Shown: positions 1 to 11,966 of the stretch, in pieces
Position numbering within the stretch: the first letter of the stretch is position 1
Layout: every line of letters begins with the position of its first letter
Assembly (NCBI GenBank): GCA_965215005.1
Contig: CBDCCZ010000006.1
Coordinates: 128,001 to 192,000 of the forward strand
Length of the DNA: 64,000 bases
Direction: 5' to 3'
From: Kofleriaceae bacterium
GTDB taxonomy: Bacteria > Myxococcota_A > Polyangia > Haliangiales > Haliangiaceae
Notes under the pieces: generated by a model
Database searches by the model: none
The model's input: only the letters and a program-made list of their open reading frames with translations
Told to the model about the DNA's origin: nothing
Translations under genes and position numbers: made by a program

Positions 1-669
1 CTGGCGCCGCAAATCCTGCGGGTCGCAAACAGCCCTGCGTACATGGGCAGCGCCAAGGCGGTCAACCTGATGCAAGCGATTGGCCGGGTGGGTCTGCAGC
101 AGCTGCGCGTCTTGATGTTAGAAGTGTCTGCGCACCAGCTGTTCCAATCGCGCAACCGCAAGATTCGCCGCGCCTTCGCGAGCCTTTGGGATTATTCTCT
201 GGCCGTCGCGTCGCTAAGCCGCGAGCTCTGCAAGGCGGTAGGCGGTTCCATCGATCCCAGCACCGCCTACCTGGCGGGGCTGCTTCACGAGGTTGGCAGG
301 CCGGTGGCGGCGACGCTGCTGCTCGAGGCCGAAAAGCACCTGCCGGGCGCCAAGCAGGCGTGGATGAACGACTCGATCTGGTTCGGTATCGTCGAGTCGT
401 GCCAGCGCGATGTCGGCGCAGCGCTCGCGCGCACGTGGGAGCTCTCCGCCGAGGTCGTGGCGTCGATAGAGTCTCTCGAGTACGACCTGGCGTTCCCATG
501 CTCGTGCGCCAACGTGGTGCGACTGGCGTCGGCGATGGCGCGCAAGCAGGGGCTGTTGGCCACCAACACCATGGGTGACGGCGGCCTACAAGACACCATC
601 GATACCGGCCGGCTGGTGATGCAGCTCAGCGACGATACTCTTACCGGTGTTGCAGCCACTCTGCCGTAA
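1..669 (+). CDS. HDOD domain protein, 5'-truncated at the window edge
   Basis: Frame is open from base 1: LAPQILRVANSPAYM...NLMQAIGRVG...LWDYSLAVA...AYLAGLLHEVG, matching the HDOD motifs (LRxANS, AGLLHDIG-like). Confidence 0.85.
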   Translation: MAPQILRVANSPAYMGSAKAVNLMQAIGRVGLQQLRVLMLEVSAHQLFQSRNRKIRRAFASLWDYSLAVASLSRELCKAVGGSIDPSTAYLAGLLHEVGRPVAATLLLEAEKHLPGAKQAWMNDSIWFGIVESCQRDVGAALARTWELSAEVVASIESLEYDLAFPCSCANVVRLASAMARKQGLLATNTMGDGGLQDTIDTGRLVMQLSDDTLTGVAATLP

Positions 670-671
670 CG

Positions 672-2066
672 TCAGTCATACCGCAGCCCCTCGACTGGGC
701 GCAGAGAAGACGCTCGCAGCGCGGGTAGCAACGTGGCGACGAAGCTGATGACCATGGTGATGACGGCTACCAGCACGACCTCGCGCGGCTCGACTTGAAT
801 CGGCAGGCGATCGATCAGATAGACCTTGGGATCGAGCCGATAGCCATACCCAGCCACCACATGGCAAACCACCAGCCCGATCGTGAGCCCGAGCGTGGTA
901 CCAACTGCGCCGATCGCGGTTCCAACGATCAAGAAGATCGTGCCAATGCCTCGGGAGGTCGAGCCCATCGACTTGAGGATGGCGATCTCACGGGTCTTGT
1001 CGGTGACCATCATCGTGAGCGCGGAGATCAAATTGAAGGCGGCAACAGCGATGATTAGCGTCAAGATGACGAGCAGCACCAGCTTCTGCAGCGTGAGTGC
1101 GGCGAACAGGTTGCGGTTCAGCTCGTTCCAGTCCTGCACCATGTAGGGTGAGCCGCCGAGCTCTGCTTCGAGACGATCGGCGATGATTGCCGCGCGCTCG
1201 ACATCCCTCACTTTCATCTCGACGCCCATCACCTGATCGCGTTGCTGAAGGATCTCTTGCGCCTCAGCGAGGCTGATGTACATGAGCCGGCGGTCGTACT
1301 CATCAAAGCCGCTGTAAAAGATGCCGCGGATGATGAAGTCGCGCGTGACCGGCGCTTCGGCTTTGGCGGTCCAGCTCTCGAGATCGATGTTCGACAGCGG
1401 CGCGACCAGCGTGACCTTATCGCCAACGCTTGCGTGCAGCTTTCGCGCGAGCTCCTGCCCCAAGATGATTGGCGCGGGACCATCGGCCGGACGGTCGCTC
1501 AGAACGCGCACATCGCCCTCGATCATGTGTTTCTGTAGGTCGAGCACGTCCGTGACGCGTTCGGGATCCACTCCCTTGACGGCCACGCCGGAGAGCTCTC
1601 CTTGGCCACGCGTCACCAGCATCTCCACAAAGATGAACGGCTGGACCGATAGCACGTCGGGGTCGATGTTGCGCGCCGTCTCCAACACCTCGCGATATTC
1701 GCTGAAGTCCGCCGTGTTCTTCATGACCAGGACGTGCGCGTTGACGCCAAGCACCTTCTCGCGAAACTGCTCTTGAAAGCCGGTAGTCACCGCCAACACT
1801 GTCGTAAGTGCTGCAACCCCCAACACCACGCCCAGCACCGACACGGTGGTGAAAACCGAGAACAAGCTCAGCAAGGCAAATAGCGTCGTGCCGATCATGC
1901 CGGCCACCAGCAAGATGACGCCGCCGGGCGAGCTACCATCCGAGGTGAGGAGCAGATAGATCGCCAGCGCGATGGTGGCACCGCTCGCCGCGAGTCCGAG
2001 CAGTGCCCGGGGCGATCGATCACCGCGATACAGGTAGCGAAGGCCTATCAAGAGCTCATACGACAC
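672..2066 (-). CDS. LolC/LolE (FtsX-like) ABC transporter permease with extra N-terminal TM helices
   Basis: SVLGVVLGVAALTTVLAVTTGF, VKGVDP, DWNELNRNLFAAL, AAFNLISALTMMVTDKTREIAILKSMG, PVEGLRYD C-terminus. Confidence 0.88.
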   Translation of the reverse strand: MSYELLIGLRYLYRGDRSPRALLGLAASGATIALAIYLLLTSDGSSPGGVILLVAGMIGTTLFALLSLFSVFTTVSVLGVVLGVAALTTVLAVTTGFQEQFREKVLGVNAHVLVMKNTADFSEYREVLETARNIDPDVLSVQPFIFVEMLVTRGQGELSGVAVKGVDPERVTDVLDLQKHMIEGDVRVLSDRPADGPAPIILGQELARKLHASVGDKVTLVAPLSNIDLESWTAKAEAPVTRDFIIRGIFYSGFDEYDRRLMYISLAEAQEILQQRDQVMGVEMKVRDVERAAIIADRLEAELGGSPYMVQDWNELNRNLFAALTLQKLVLLVILTLIIAVAAFNLISALTMMVTDKTREIAILKSMGSTSRGIGTIFLIVGTAIGAVGTTLGLTIGLVVCHVVAGYGYRLDPKVYLIDRLPIQVEPREVVLVAVITMVISFVATLLPALRASSLRPVEGLRYD

Positions 2067-2278
2067 GAGGCGGCTATCTTGTCAGCTGGCGGCGGCGTCG
2101 GCACCACCGCGGGAGCGAATTCGCTCGGCGTCGCGGGATTTGCCGCCGGAGCGAAGGAGGTTGCGCACGGGCGGCGAGGTCAGTCACGCGGCCTGCACGA
2201 GGCGTGAGCCCGAAACGCGGCGCGCCCCGGAGCCATGAAAGCACCGGGGCGCGCCGAGAGGCAACGGTTTGCGTATCG

Positions 2279-4348
<2,070 letters not shown>

Positions 4349-4522
4349 CGTAGATGCACCTCCGAGAGCCGCCGTTGTACTCGGCGACCCTGACGCTCGC
4401 GCCTGACAAAGGGTCCAGCAGGCGGCCGGTCTACTTCACCAAAGGTGCGGATCGCAAGCGTTTAGGGGCTGATTCGCGTCCGGCACGCAACCTGGCGCTG
4501 CGCGGCGTGCTCCGAGCGGGCG

Positions 4523-4801
4523 CTACAACAACGCCAAAGCGGCGACCACGGCGGCAACCATTCCAGCGCTGGCGGCGAGCGCCGCGCGCGGTTGCCAACG
4601 CCGGGCGGGCACTATCGCCCTGGCCTGCGCCGCTGGCAGCGAACGCCGGATAGGCCGCCTCGAGCTCATCCTGGCCGCCTCGAGGTAGCGGCGCTGGAGG
4701 GCAACGGTTGCGCTTCGGGTGCGGCGCCCGGGCCGGGGAATTACAGAGTGGCTCGCGCTGGATACCGCCATGGCGGCCGATGGAAGCACGGCCCATGCCA
4801 C
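4523..4801 (-). CDS. Possible small basic protein with C-terminal hydrophobic anchor
   Basis: 92-aa ORF filling the gap between same-strand genes and ending AGMVAAVVAALALL; no recognisable family. Confidence 0.3.
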   Translation of the reverse strand: MAWAVLPSAAMAVSSASHSVIPRPGRRTRSATVALQRRYLEAARMSSRRPIRRSLPAAQARAIVPARRWQPRAALAASAGMVAAVVAALALL

Positions 4802-4899
4802 CGCTATGACGCCGTCTTTGCGCCGTTCTACGCGGCTGGCTCGGCCTGCACCGGAGCCCCCGCACCTCGCTGCGCCGCTGGGAGTCTCGGGCTCGCCCG

Positions 4900-5688
4900 C
4901 TAGCGACCTTTCCAGTGCGGTTGGCGCTTTTGAAAAAACGCGCTGATTCCTTCCGCGGCGTCTTCGAGGGCCAACACTTTCCCTAGCTCGGCTTCTAAAT
5001 GACCGAGCGCCGGCTCGTGCGGCTGGTCCTGCGTGTCATAGAACGCGCGGAGACCGAGAGCCATGGCCGCGGGACTCTGCTCGGCGAGCTGGTGCGCCAG
5101 CTTCATGGTGGTCTCTTCGAGCGCCTCGTGCGCGACGCAAACGTTGATGAGCCCGATGGCCTCAGCCTGCCGGGCCTCGATGCGCTTGCCGGTTAGCATC
5201 AGCTCGAGCGTCTTCTTCCGACCGATGTTTCGCACCAACTCGGCGGTGATCATCATGGGCCAGAGGCCGACCTTGATCTCGGTGGTACCAAAGCTGGCTT
5301 GGTCACTGGCGACGACCAAGTCGCATGCGACCATGAGCCCGAGGCCACCAGCCAACGCGTGACCGTTGACCATCGCGATAATCGGCTTGCCGAGCGCGTG
5401 CATGAACGGCAACAACTCGGCCAGTCGTCGCGGCGGCGCCGGCGAAGAGCTCGCAGAGGCGCCTTGACCCGCCATCATGCCGAGATCGCCGCCGGCCGAA
5501 AATACCGAGCCCGCTCCAGTCAACACCACCACCCGCACGCTTGGCTCCTCACGCGCAGCAGCGAGCGCATGCATTAGCTCGCCGATGACTTGTGGGCCGA
5601 TAGGATTGCGCTTCTCGGGGCGATTGAGAGTGATGCGCGCGATGGGGGTGCTAGCGTCAAACAGGATGGTCGCGTAGTCGATACCCAT
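4900..5688 (-). CDS. Enoyl-CoA hydratase/isomerase (crotonase) family protein
   Basis: ITLNRPEKRN, FSAGGDL, KPIIAMVNGHALAGG, FGTTEIKVGL, EGISAFFQKR. Confidence 0.93.
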   Translation of the reverse strand: MGIDYATILFDASTPIARITLNRPEKRNPIGPQVIGELMHALAAAREEPSVRVVVLTGAGSVFSAGGDLGMMAGQGASASSSPAPPRRLAELLPFMHALGKPIIAMVNGHALAGGLGLMVACDLVVASDQASFGTTEIKVGLWPMMITAELVRNIGRKKTLELMLTGKRIEARQAEAIGLINVCVAHEALEETTMKLAHQLAEQSPAAMALGLRAFYDTQDQPHEPALGHLEAELGKVLALEDAAEGISAFFQKRQPHWKGR

Positions 5689-5755
5689 GCTGCCTCATAC
5701 CATGGACAGTCGGCTCGATTAACCGACTCCTTAGGTATCAGGTTGCGAGCGGCAC

Positions 5756-6730
5756 CTACGTCGCCTCGCCAACGGTATCGGCCACGTAGGCGCCGCGCTC
5801 GCCCATCGGCGAGGGCTCGCCTTGCGTGGTGTCCTCGCAGGTTTGATGCTCGAGCTCGCTGTTGATTTCGGCGCCTAGCAGCACCACGAACGCGCTCAAC
5901 CACAGCCACAACATCAACACCACCACCGCACCGAGCGAACCGTAGGTCTCGCCATAGCTGCCGAATCGGCCGGCGTAGAGCGAGAATGCCAACGACAGCG
6001 CAACCCACAGGACGGTGGCTACAGCGGTTCCCCAGGTGACCCAGCGCCAACGCGGATCGTCGCGATACGGCGCCACGCGGTACACGACGCTCAGACCACC
6101 GACGAACAGTCCGATTAGCAGTGGCCAGCGCGCCAACGACACCAATGTCTGCACCGTTTCCGAGAACCCGAGACGACCCAGCAACACCGGAACTACCGCG
6201 ATAGCAGCGATGCAGATGACTGCCGTGACCACTCCGCCTACCGTCAACAGCAAAGACAGGGCGTTTGAGCGCACGAAGCTGCGGGTGTCGTTTTCGTCGT
6301 AGGCGATGTTGATGGCGCGAATGAGCGCTTTGGTACCCTTGTTTGCGCTCCACAAGCTTGCCAGGACGCCAAATACCGCGCCAAACGAGAGCGCCCCGGG
6401 CGAGCGATCGATTGCGTGGGTGAGCTGCTCGAGAAGCAGCTCCCGGGCCTGGTTTGGCAGCACGCCAGCCAGCGAGGCGAGCTGCCGCTGCACCTCGGCC
6501 GGGTCGGCGAACAGCCCATAGATTGCAACTGCAGCGAAGACCGCCGGGATGATCGCCAATAGTGAGTAGAACGCCACTCCAGCGGCCACCAAGGCCAAGT
6601 CGTCGCGGCCGACCTCGCGATAGGTTCGCACAGCCACGTCCCGCCATCCGCGCAGGGGAATTTCTCTTGGTGCTTGGGCACGACGTCCGCGAGCCTCATC
6701 GGTGTCGTTAGGTTGCGATGGTTCCGCCAC
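5756..6730 (-). CDS. YihY/BrkB family membrane protein
   Basis: AAGVAFYSLLAI, INIAYDENDTR, YGETYGSLGAVVVLMLWLWLS, LLGAEIN. GTG start at 6730 is preceded by AGGAGG. Confidence 0.92.
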   Translation of the reverse strand: MAEPSQPNDTDEARGRRAQAPREIPLRGWRDVAVRTYREVGRDDLALVAAGVAFYSLLAIIPAVFAAVAIYGLFADPAEVQRQLASLAGVLPNQARELLLEQLTHAIDRSPGALSFGAVFGVLASLWSANKGTKALIRAINIAYDENDTRSFVRSNALSLLLTVGGVVTAVICIAAIAVVPVLLGRLGFSETVQTLVSLARWPLLIGLFVGGLSVVYRVAPYRDDPRWRWVTWGTAVATVLWVALSLAFSLYAGRFGSYGETYGSLGAVVVLMLWLWLSAFVVLLGAEINSELEHQTCEDTTQGEPSPMGERGAYVADTVGEAT

Positions 6731-6755
6731 TGACAATCCTCCTCGTCGGTGGCTA

Positions 6756-6771
6756 AGCAAGGCCAGTGCCG
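6756..6771 (-). promoter_or_regulatory. Sigma54-type -24/-12 promoter for yihY
   Basis: Minus strand CGGCACTGGCCTTGCT (GG-N10-GC), just upstream of the RBS. Confidence 0.65.
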
Positions 6772-7011
6772 GCACTATCAGGAGCGAGGCGGCGCTGCCC
6801 CCCTCGACAGGTTCAGCGTGTCCTGTTGTTCGGCAGCAGCGTCACCGGGGGGCGCGACGCCAACTGCGCCGCACACTCGCGCCACCGCCTCGCTGTGACC
6901 ACACCGCTCACCCCAACGCCTCGGCGTTGCGCTTGTCGGTGGCTCAGGAGCGGTCTGCGGCCATCGCCGCATCATGCTTGAGATCGATGATGACCGCAGG
7001 CTGCAACCGCC

Positions 7012-7773
7012 TCAGGTCTGCTCGCTCGGCTCCCTCGGGCCGTGAGAATCTGACTCGGGCGCAGCCGGTTCGGGCGCAGCCGGTTCGGGCGCAGCCTGTT
7101 GCGGGGACTCGGCTTCAGGAGCGTCGGGCGCGCGGTCCGTCGCACGTGGATCATGATTATCGGCGATGGAGGAAAGCTTCTCCTCGAGCTCGGCGATGCG
7201 CGTGGACAGCGCTCTCACATCCTTTTGCAAACCGGCAAACGGAGTGATCGCATCCACCGCCGTGCGGATCCGACCATCGACCCGCCGCTGCCACTCATCG
7301 ACCGCCCGCTGACTCTGCTGCAGCCACTCGCGAAACTCGAGCAGCGGCGCCAACCCTTCGCGATGGCGACGACCCGCGTAGGTCTCGTCGTCCTCGACCT
7401 TGAGCTCTGCCTCGGGCAGCTCTTCCGCTTCCTCGTCCAGCTCTTCGCCGTCTTCCGGGCGCTTCTTCGGCAAGATACTGGTGACCCGCCGCTGCGCCTC
7501 GGTTACCAGATGGGCAAACGACTCGCCGCCATTCTGGATAATGTTGCGCATCGCCTGCAGCGGCAAAAAACTGCGCTGTTTTTTCTCTTCTTCAAAGATG
7601 ATCTGCGCAAGAGTGACCGAAGTAAGATCTTCTTTGCTCTTGTTGTCGATGATCTTGACGTCGTCGCCATCGCGAATCATCTCGGAGATCTGATCTAGCG
7701 TCACGTAGCGGCTATGCTGCGTGTCGTACAGTTTACGATTTGCGTAACGCTTGATGATTCGCGCCTCAGACAT
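7012..7773 (-). CDS. PhaR-like protein (PHA synthesis regulator N-terminal DNA-binding domain) with coiled coil and acidic/Pro-rich tail
   Basis: IIKRYANRKLYDTQHSRYVTL...EDLTSVTLAQII; AAGGAG RBS before ATG 7773; AAPEP repeats at the C-terminus. Confidence 0.85.
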   Translation of the reverse strand: MSEARIIKRYANRKLYDTQHSRYVTLDQISEMIRDGDDVKIIDNKSKEDLTSVTLAQIIFEEEKKQRSFLPLQAMRNIIQNGGESFAHLVTEAQRRVTSILPKKRPEDGEELDEEAEELPEAELKVEDDETYAGRRHREGLAPLLEFREWLQQSQRAVDEWQRRVDGRIRTAVDAITPFAGLQKDVRALSTRIAELEEKLSSIADNHDPRATDRAPDAPEAESPQQAAPEPAAPEPAAPESDSHGPREPSEQT

Positions 7774-7838
7774 ACTCGAGTTCTCCTTACGGTCCAACAA
7801 CCTGCGCGTCTAGCATTGGTATCACGCAATGCGTCACC

Positions 7839-8672
7839 GTGACAACACGCCGGTTGTGGCACAATGGACAACTGGCGGGGGTTCCAGTGGTCAACGATCG
7901 GCGCGTAATCGAGTTGGTGCGACGGCTAAACAGTGTTCCTGCCTCCCGAATGCGCCGGGTGCTCTTCGCGGAGCATCTCGCGGAGTCCAACATGGACGAA
8001 GCGGTCGCAACGATCGCTACTATCGTTGACCATGCCGCGCTCACCGCCGAGCCCGCGTATCAGCACGCACTCGACGCCCTCGTAGCCACGCTCAGCGACC
8101 CGGAGCTCGTGCGTTATCCGGTACGGCAAGACCTCTACGCCGCTGCCAAAGAACGTAGCCGCGATGACGTCGCTCGGCTGTTCTTCGAGGCCTCGCCGGC
8201 GCCGCCGTCCGATCCCCGTCGCAAAGCCAGAGCACTCGACCCGGAACGAGCGGTGGTGCCGCGCGGTAGAAACATGACGCTCGGAGAGCGCAAATCCTTG
8301 GCTCGAGGCCATCGCCGCGAGCTCTTGCAACATGTCCTTCGCGACCCCCATCCCGACGTCATCGCGGTCCTGCTCGACAACCCACACTTGACCGAGCGCG
8401 ACGTGGTCACGCTGGCCGCGCGCCGCCCGACGCAACCGAGCGCTCAACAGCTCATTGCCGCCAGCGAGCGCTGGGCGGTGCGCTATGCGGTCAAACGGGC
8501 ACTGGTGCTCAATCCACACACGCCGCTACACCTGGCGCTGCGCGTCGCCACGACCTTGCGGACCACGCACCTACGCGAGTTGGCGGCTGACGCCGCGCTC
8601 GCCGCGCCGCTTCGCGAGCAAGCGGCGATGCTGCTGTCGCGCCGTCGAAGCGCCGCGGGCTCAATGCGATGA
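7839..8672 (+). CDS. Hypothetical helical (HEAT/LRV-like) protein; start uncertain
   Basis: TLGERKSLAR...LRDPHPDVIAVLLDNPHLTE...VKRALVLNPHTP repeats. Confidence 0.7.
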   Translation: MTTRRLWHNGQLAGVPVVNDRRVIELVRRLNSVPASRMRRVLFAEHLAESNMDEAVATIATIVDHAALTAEPAYQHALDALVATLSDPELVRYPVRQDLYAAAKERSRDDVARLFFEASPAPPSDPRRKARALDPERAVVPRGRNMTLGERKSLARGHRRELLQHVLRDPHPDVIAVLLDNPHLTERDVVTLAARRPTQPSAQQLIAASERWAVRYAVKRALVLNPHTPLHLALRVATTLRTTHLRELAADAALAAPLREQAAMLLSRRRSAAGSMR

Positions 8673-8746
8673 CCGCGGGCCGCGGCGGCGCCCGCGGTGT
8701 CCAATCCTGGCGAGGCAGCCGAGGGCGAGGGCGCGGGCTTACCGAA

Positions 8747-9010
8747 TCACGACTCGCGCGGCGCGACCTTGGCCGCTGGGTCAGCGGTAGAAGACTCGGC
8801 CTCGCCGCTCGCTCTGCCGGCAACTTCGCTGCGGCGACTATCCGCCAGCTGGGAGGTCTTCGCGACCTCGATCTCGTCGTCGCCGGCGGCCGAACGGCGA
8901 AAGTTCTTGATGCTTCGCCCGAGTGAATCACCGATAGCCGGCAGCTTACCGGCGCCGAACACGAGCATCACGATCACGAGAATAACGAGCAGCTCGCTCA
9001 TTCCGGGCAT
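8747..9010 (-). CDS. tatA: Twin-arginine translocase TatA/TatE subunit
   Basis: [47 protein letters not shown]. Confidence 0.92.
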   Translation of the reverse strand: MPGMSELLVILVIVMLVFGAGKLPAIGDSLGRSIKNFRRSAAGDDEIEVAKTSQLADSRRSEVAGRASGEAESSTADPAAKVAPRES

Positions 9011-9153
9011 ACGGGTACTCCTGGGGTGCTTGCGGCAGTCTAGCACCGGCTAACCAATATCGGCACTACCGGCGCACGTGGTGCGTCATCTCAACGCCGG
9101 CAGCCTACCGAAAAACTTGGATAGGTAGCCCAGACACCACTATCTTTGTACGG

Positions 9154-11112
9154 GTGATTCGATCCCGAGCAGCTCTCGTCGTCGCCCTCTGCGGTATGGC
9201 CGTGGCGAGCTCCGCGACCGCCGACTCCAGCACCCCGCGCGGCGCCGGCGTGCAATCGGCGCCGCCCGGTCCCGACGCGCTCACGCCGCCGCCGCTGGTC
9301 GCAAACGATGGCCAACGGCGCGCGATTCGCGGCTGCCCCGCGCCGGGCCAATGCCGCGTCGACATCCGCGGCTTGCGCGAGTTCGAGCGCGAGACCTTCC
9401 CTCGTGCGGGGAGCCGCTCGCCGTGGGTCGAAGGCGACGATCGCTACGGCCATCGTATCGGCAGCCGACGCGGACGCTCGCCCCGAGGAACCCGCGGTGG
9501 TGCCGCCAACCCGCTCACGCTGCGCCCCGATCTGCCGTGGTTGGCCAAGCTCGAGCTTCCCGATCTGCCGTTCCGGTGGAACGAAAAGCTCATCAGCTAC
9601 CTCGAGTTCTATAAAGACGATCCTCGTGGACGCCAGATCATGGCGGGCTGGTTGCGTGCGCAAGGCGCCTACAAAGACATGATTCTCGAGCAGCTGCAGC
9701 AAGCGCGACTGCCCGATGACCTGCTTTACGTGGCGATGATCGAGTCTTCGTACGATCCGCACGAGTATTCGCGCGTGGGCGCCAGCGGGCTTTGGCAGTT
9801 CATGCCGGCGGGAGGCTCGATTTATGGCCTCGAAATGAATCGCTGGCTCGATGAGCGCAACGATCCGGAGCGTTCAACGGCCGCTGCGGTGCAGTACTGG
9901 CTCGACCTCTACGAGCGGTTCGGCGATTGGGCGCTAGCAATGGCCGCGTACAACTGCGGCTACGGCGCGGTGCTAAACAGCATTGCCAAGTACAACACCA
10001 ACGACTTTTGGCTACTGAGTGAGTACGAAAATGGCCTTCCTTGGGGGGCCTCGCTGTATGTACCCAAAGCGGTTGCAGCGGCCATCGTCGGCCACAACCG
10101 CAAGTTCTTCGGCTTCGATGATGTCAACGTTGCCGAGCCGATTCGCACCGACCACGTCAGCGTACCCAAGTCGGTCTCACTGGCGGTGGTAGCGCGAGCC
10201 GCTGGCGTGTCGGAACATGCTATCGAGGCGCTCAACCCGCAGCTGCGCAAGCACCGCACACCGCCCGGAATCGCCGACTACGTGCTGCGGATTCCTCGCG
10301 GCACCCGCGGCATGTTCGCCGAGCGTTTCCCGCAGCTCTCCGGCGATTGGCAGGCCTACGATGCGTACGTGGTCGCCCATGGGCAGCGCTTCGAGGATGT
10401 CGCCACGATGTTTGGGATCAGTCTGCGCGAGCTGCGCGAGCTCAATGGTATCGAGCACGAGTCAGAGGTGCGCGGGGGGACGGTGCTGGTGGTGCCGCGG
10501 GTGAGCGCCGAGGAGCGCAACGCCAATCTCGAGGTGGCCGAGGAGTCGCTTTATGCTGCTGGCGAGCCTGAGGGTGGTCTGGGCGAGCCGCTCGTCGTCG
10601 CGGTACCGGATAGAGAGTTTGACGTTCCTGGCAAGCGGCGCGTGTTCTATCGCGTTGTCACCGGCGATACTCAATACGGCATTGCCCACGCCTTTGGCGT
10701 CGAGCGGGCGGCGCTCGCCGAGTGGAATGGCCTCGATCCAACCGCTTATCTGCATCCACGCATGGTGATGCAGGTATTCGTAGACGAAGACTTCGACGCT
10801 TCAGCGCGAACGATCAAGCTGCTGGACCCGCGGCGCATCTTGGTAGTGACCCGCGGCTCGCAAGAGCATATCGATGTCTCGGAGCAGCGAATGGGCCGCC
10901 GCCGAGTCGTCTATAAAGCATCGGGACGTGAGTCGTACGAGAGCATCGGCAAGCGCTACGGCCTCACCTCACGGGATCTGGCTCGCATCAACAATGAGCC
11001 CCACGACACCGTCCTCGATGCCGGTCAAGAATGCATCGTCTATGAGGTGGTCGATCGCTCGCGCTCCGACCGCGCCGCTGCGCAAGGCAAGAAGGCGCGC
11101 GCGCGTCGTTAA
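9154..11112 (+). CDS. MltD-like lytic transglycosylase (SLT domain + LysM repeats) with signal peptide
   Basis: YVAMIESSY (catalytic Glu), GLWQFM, AMAAYNCG, several LysM-like repeats. Confidence 0.92.
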   Translation: MIRSRAALVVALCGMAVASSATADSSTPRGAGVQSAPPGPDALTPPPLVANDGQRRAIRGCPAPGQCRVDIRGLREFERETFPRAGSRSPWVEGDDRYGHRIGSRRGRSPRGTRGGAANPLTLRPDLPWLAKLELPDLPFRWNEKLISYLEFYKDDPRGRQIMAGWLRAQGAYKDMILEQLQQARLPDDLLYVAMIESSYDPHEYSRVGASGLWQFMPAGGSIYGLEMNRWLDERNDPERSTAAAVQYWLDLYERFGDWALAMAAYNCGYGAVLNSIAKYNTNDFWLLSEYENGLPWGASLYVPKAVAAAIVGHNRKFFGFDDVNVAEPIRTDHVSVPKSVSLAVVARAAGVSEHAIEALNPQLRKHRTPPGIADYVLRIPRGTRGMFAERFPQLSGDWQAYDAYVVAHGQRFEDVATMFGISLRELRELNGIEHESEVRGGTVLVVPRVSAEERNANLEVAEESLYAAGEPEGGLGEPLVVAVPDREFDVPGKRRVFYRVVTGDTQYGIAHAFGVERAALAEWNGLDPTAYLHPRMVMQVFVDEDFDASARTIKLLDPRRILVVTRGSQEHIDVSEQRMGRRRVVYKASGRESYESIGKRYGLTSRDLARINNEPHDTVLDAGQECIVYEVVDRSRSDRAAAQGKKARARR

Positions 11113-11918
11113 CGGTACGGCGCCGCTGCGCGCAGTGCCTGCTTGGCGGCCAAAGAAACCGCCGCGTCGCCGCGATGCGTCGCGCGTTCGGCGAGCTGCT
11201 CGACCTCGCGGCGATGCTGCTGCGCTGCCAAATCGCCGAGCAGCATCGCTGCGTCTTGCGTGCGCCCGCTGCGGGCGAGAAGGCGCGCGCGCAACAGCAA
11301 CAGGTCGCGCCGCGCGCCGCGGGCGAGTCGCCGGGTCGCTAGCGCGCGGTCGACGTGCTCGAGCGCCGGCGACAGCTCGCCAGCGGCTTCACCGACACAC
11401 GCCGCCGCGTAGCCGACAATCGGCGCACGCGGCCGGGACGTGAGCAGCGCGGCGACGAGCTCGCGAGCCTCCCCGAGCCGGCCGAGCTCGGCCAACGCCA
11501 CCGCACGCAACGCATCGGCGGTAATGTCGCTGCCGATGCGCGTGTAGATCGCGTCGATGCTGAGGAAGTCGACCACCTCGCGCGAATCTTCGAGGCGATC
11601 GCACTCGACCAACGCCAGCAACAGCGAGCGCGCTGTCCAGCCAGTGCGCGGGCTTCCGAGCTGGCGCTCACGGTGGAAGCGGCGCTCGAGCAGCCGCGCC
11701 CGGGCCCACGCCGCCCGCGGATCCCGCGCAAAGCCGCCCCAGCCATCGCGTTTGCGCGCGATCCCGAAGTAGTCAACGACCAGCGCCGCAGCGGTGAGCA
11801 CCAGCGTCGCGGCGGCAAGCGGCGGAAACACCAGCATCGGGCTGATGAGGCACGCCAAGACCACGGCAAACAGCCCGAGAATGACGAGAACCGCGGTCCA
11901 AAGGCGCCAGAACGCCAT
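11109..11918 (-). CDS. Hypothetical membrane protein (two N-terminal TMs, TPR-like C-terminal part)
   Basis: Hydrophobic N-terminus; ALRAVALAELGRLGEARE-type helical repeats. Confidence 0.7.
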   Translation of the reverse strand: MAFWRLWTAVLVILGLFAVVLACLISPMLVFPPLAAATLVLTAAALVVDYFGIARKRDGWGGFARDPRAAWARARLLERRFHRERQLGSPRTGWTARSLLLALVECDRLEDSREVVDFLSIDAIYTRIGSDITADALRAVALAELGRLGEARELVAALLTSRPRAPIVGYAAACVGEAAGELSPALEHVDRALATRRLARGARRDLLLLRARLLARSGRTQDAAMLLGDLAAQQHRREVEQLAERATHRGDAAVSLAAKQALRAAAPYR

Positions 11919-11966
11919 CGCTCGAGCTTACCCCAGCGAGGTCATCGAAGCTGGTAATTTCCCTGG

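Noticed and set aside
7054..7096. 15-bp tandem repeat in the phaR-like gene
   Set aside because: It encodes AAPEP linker repeats; there are no spacers, so it is not CRISPR.
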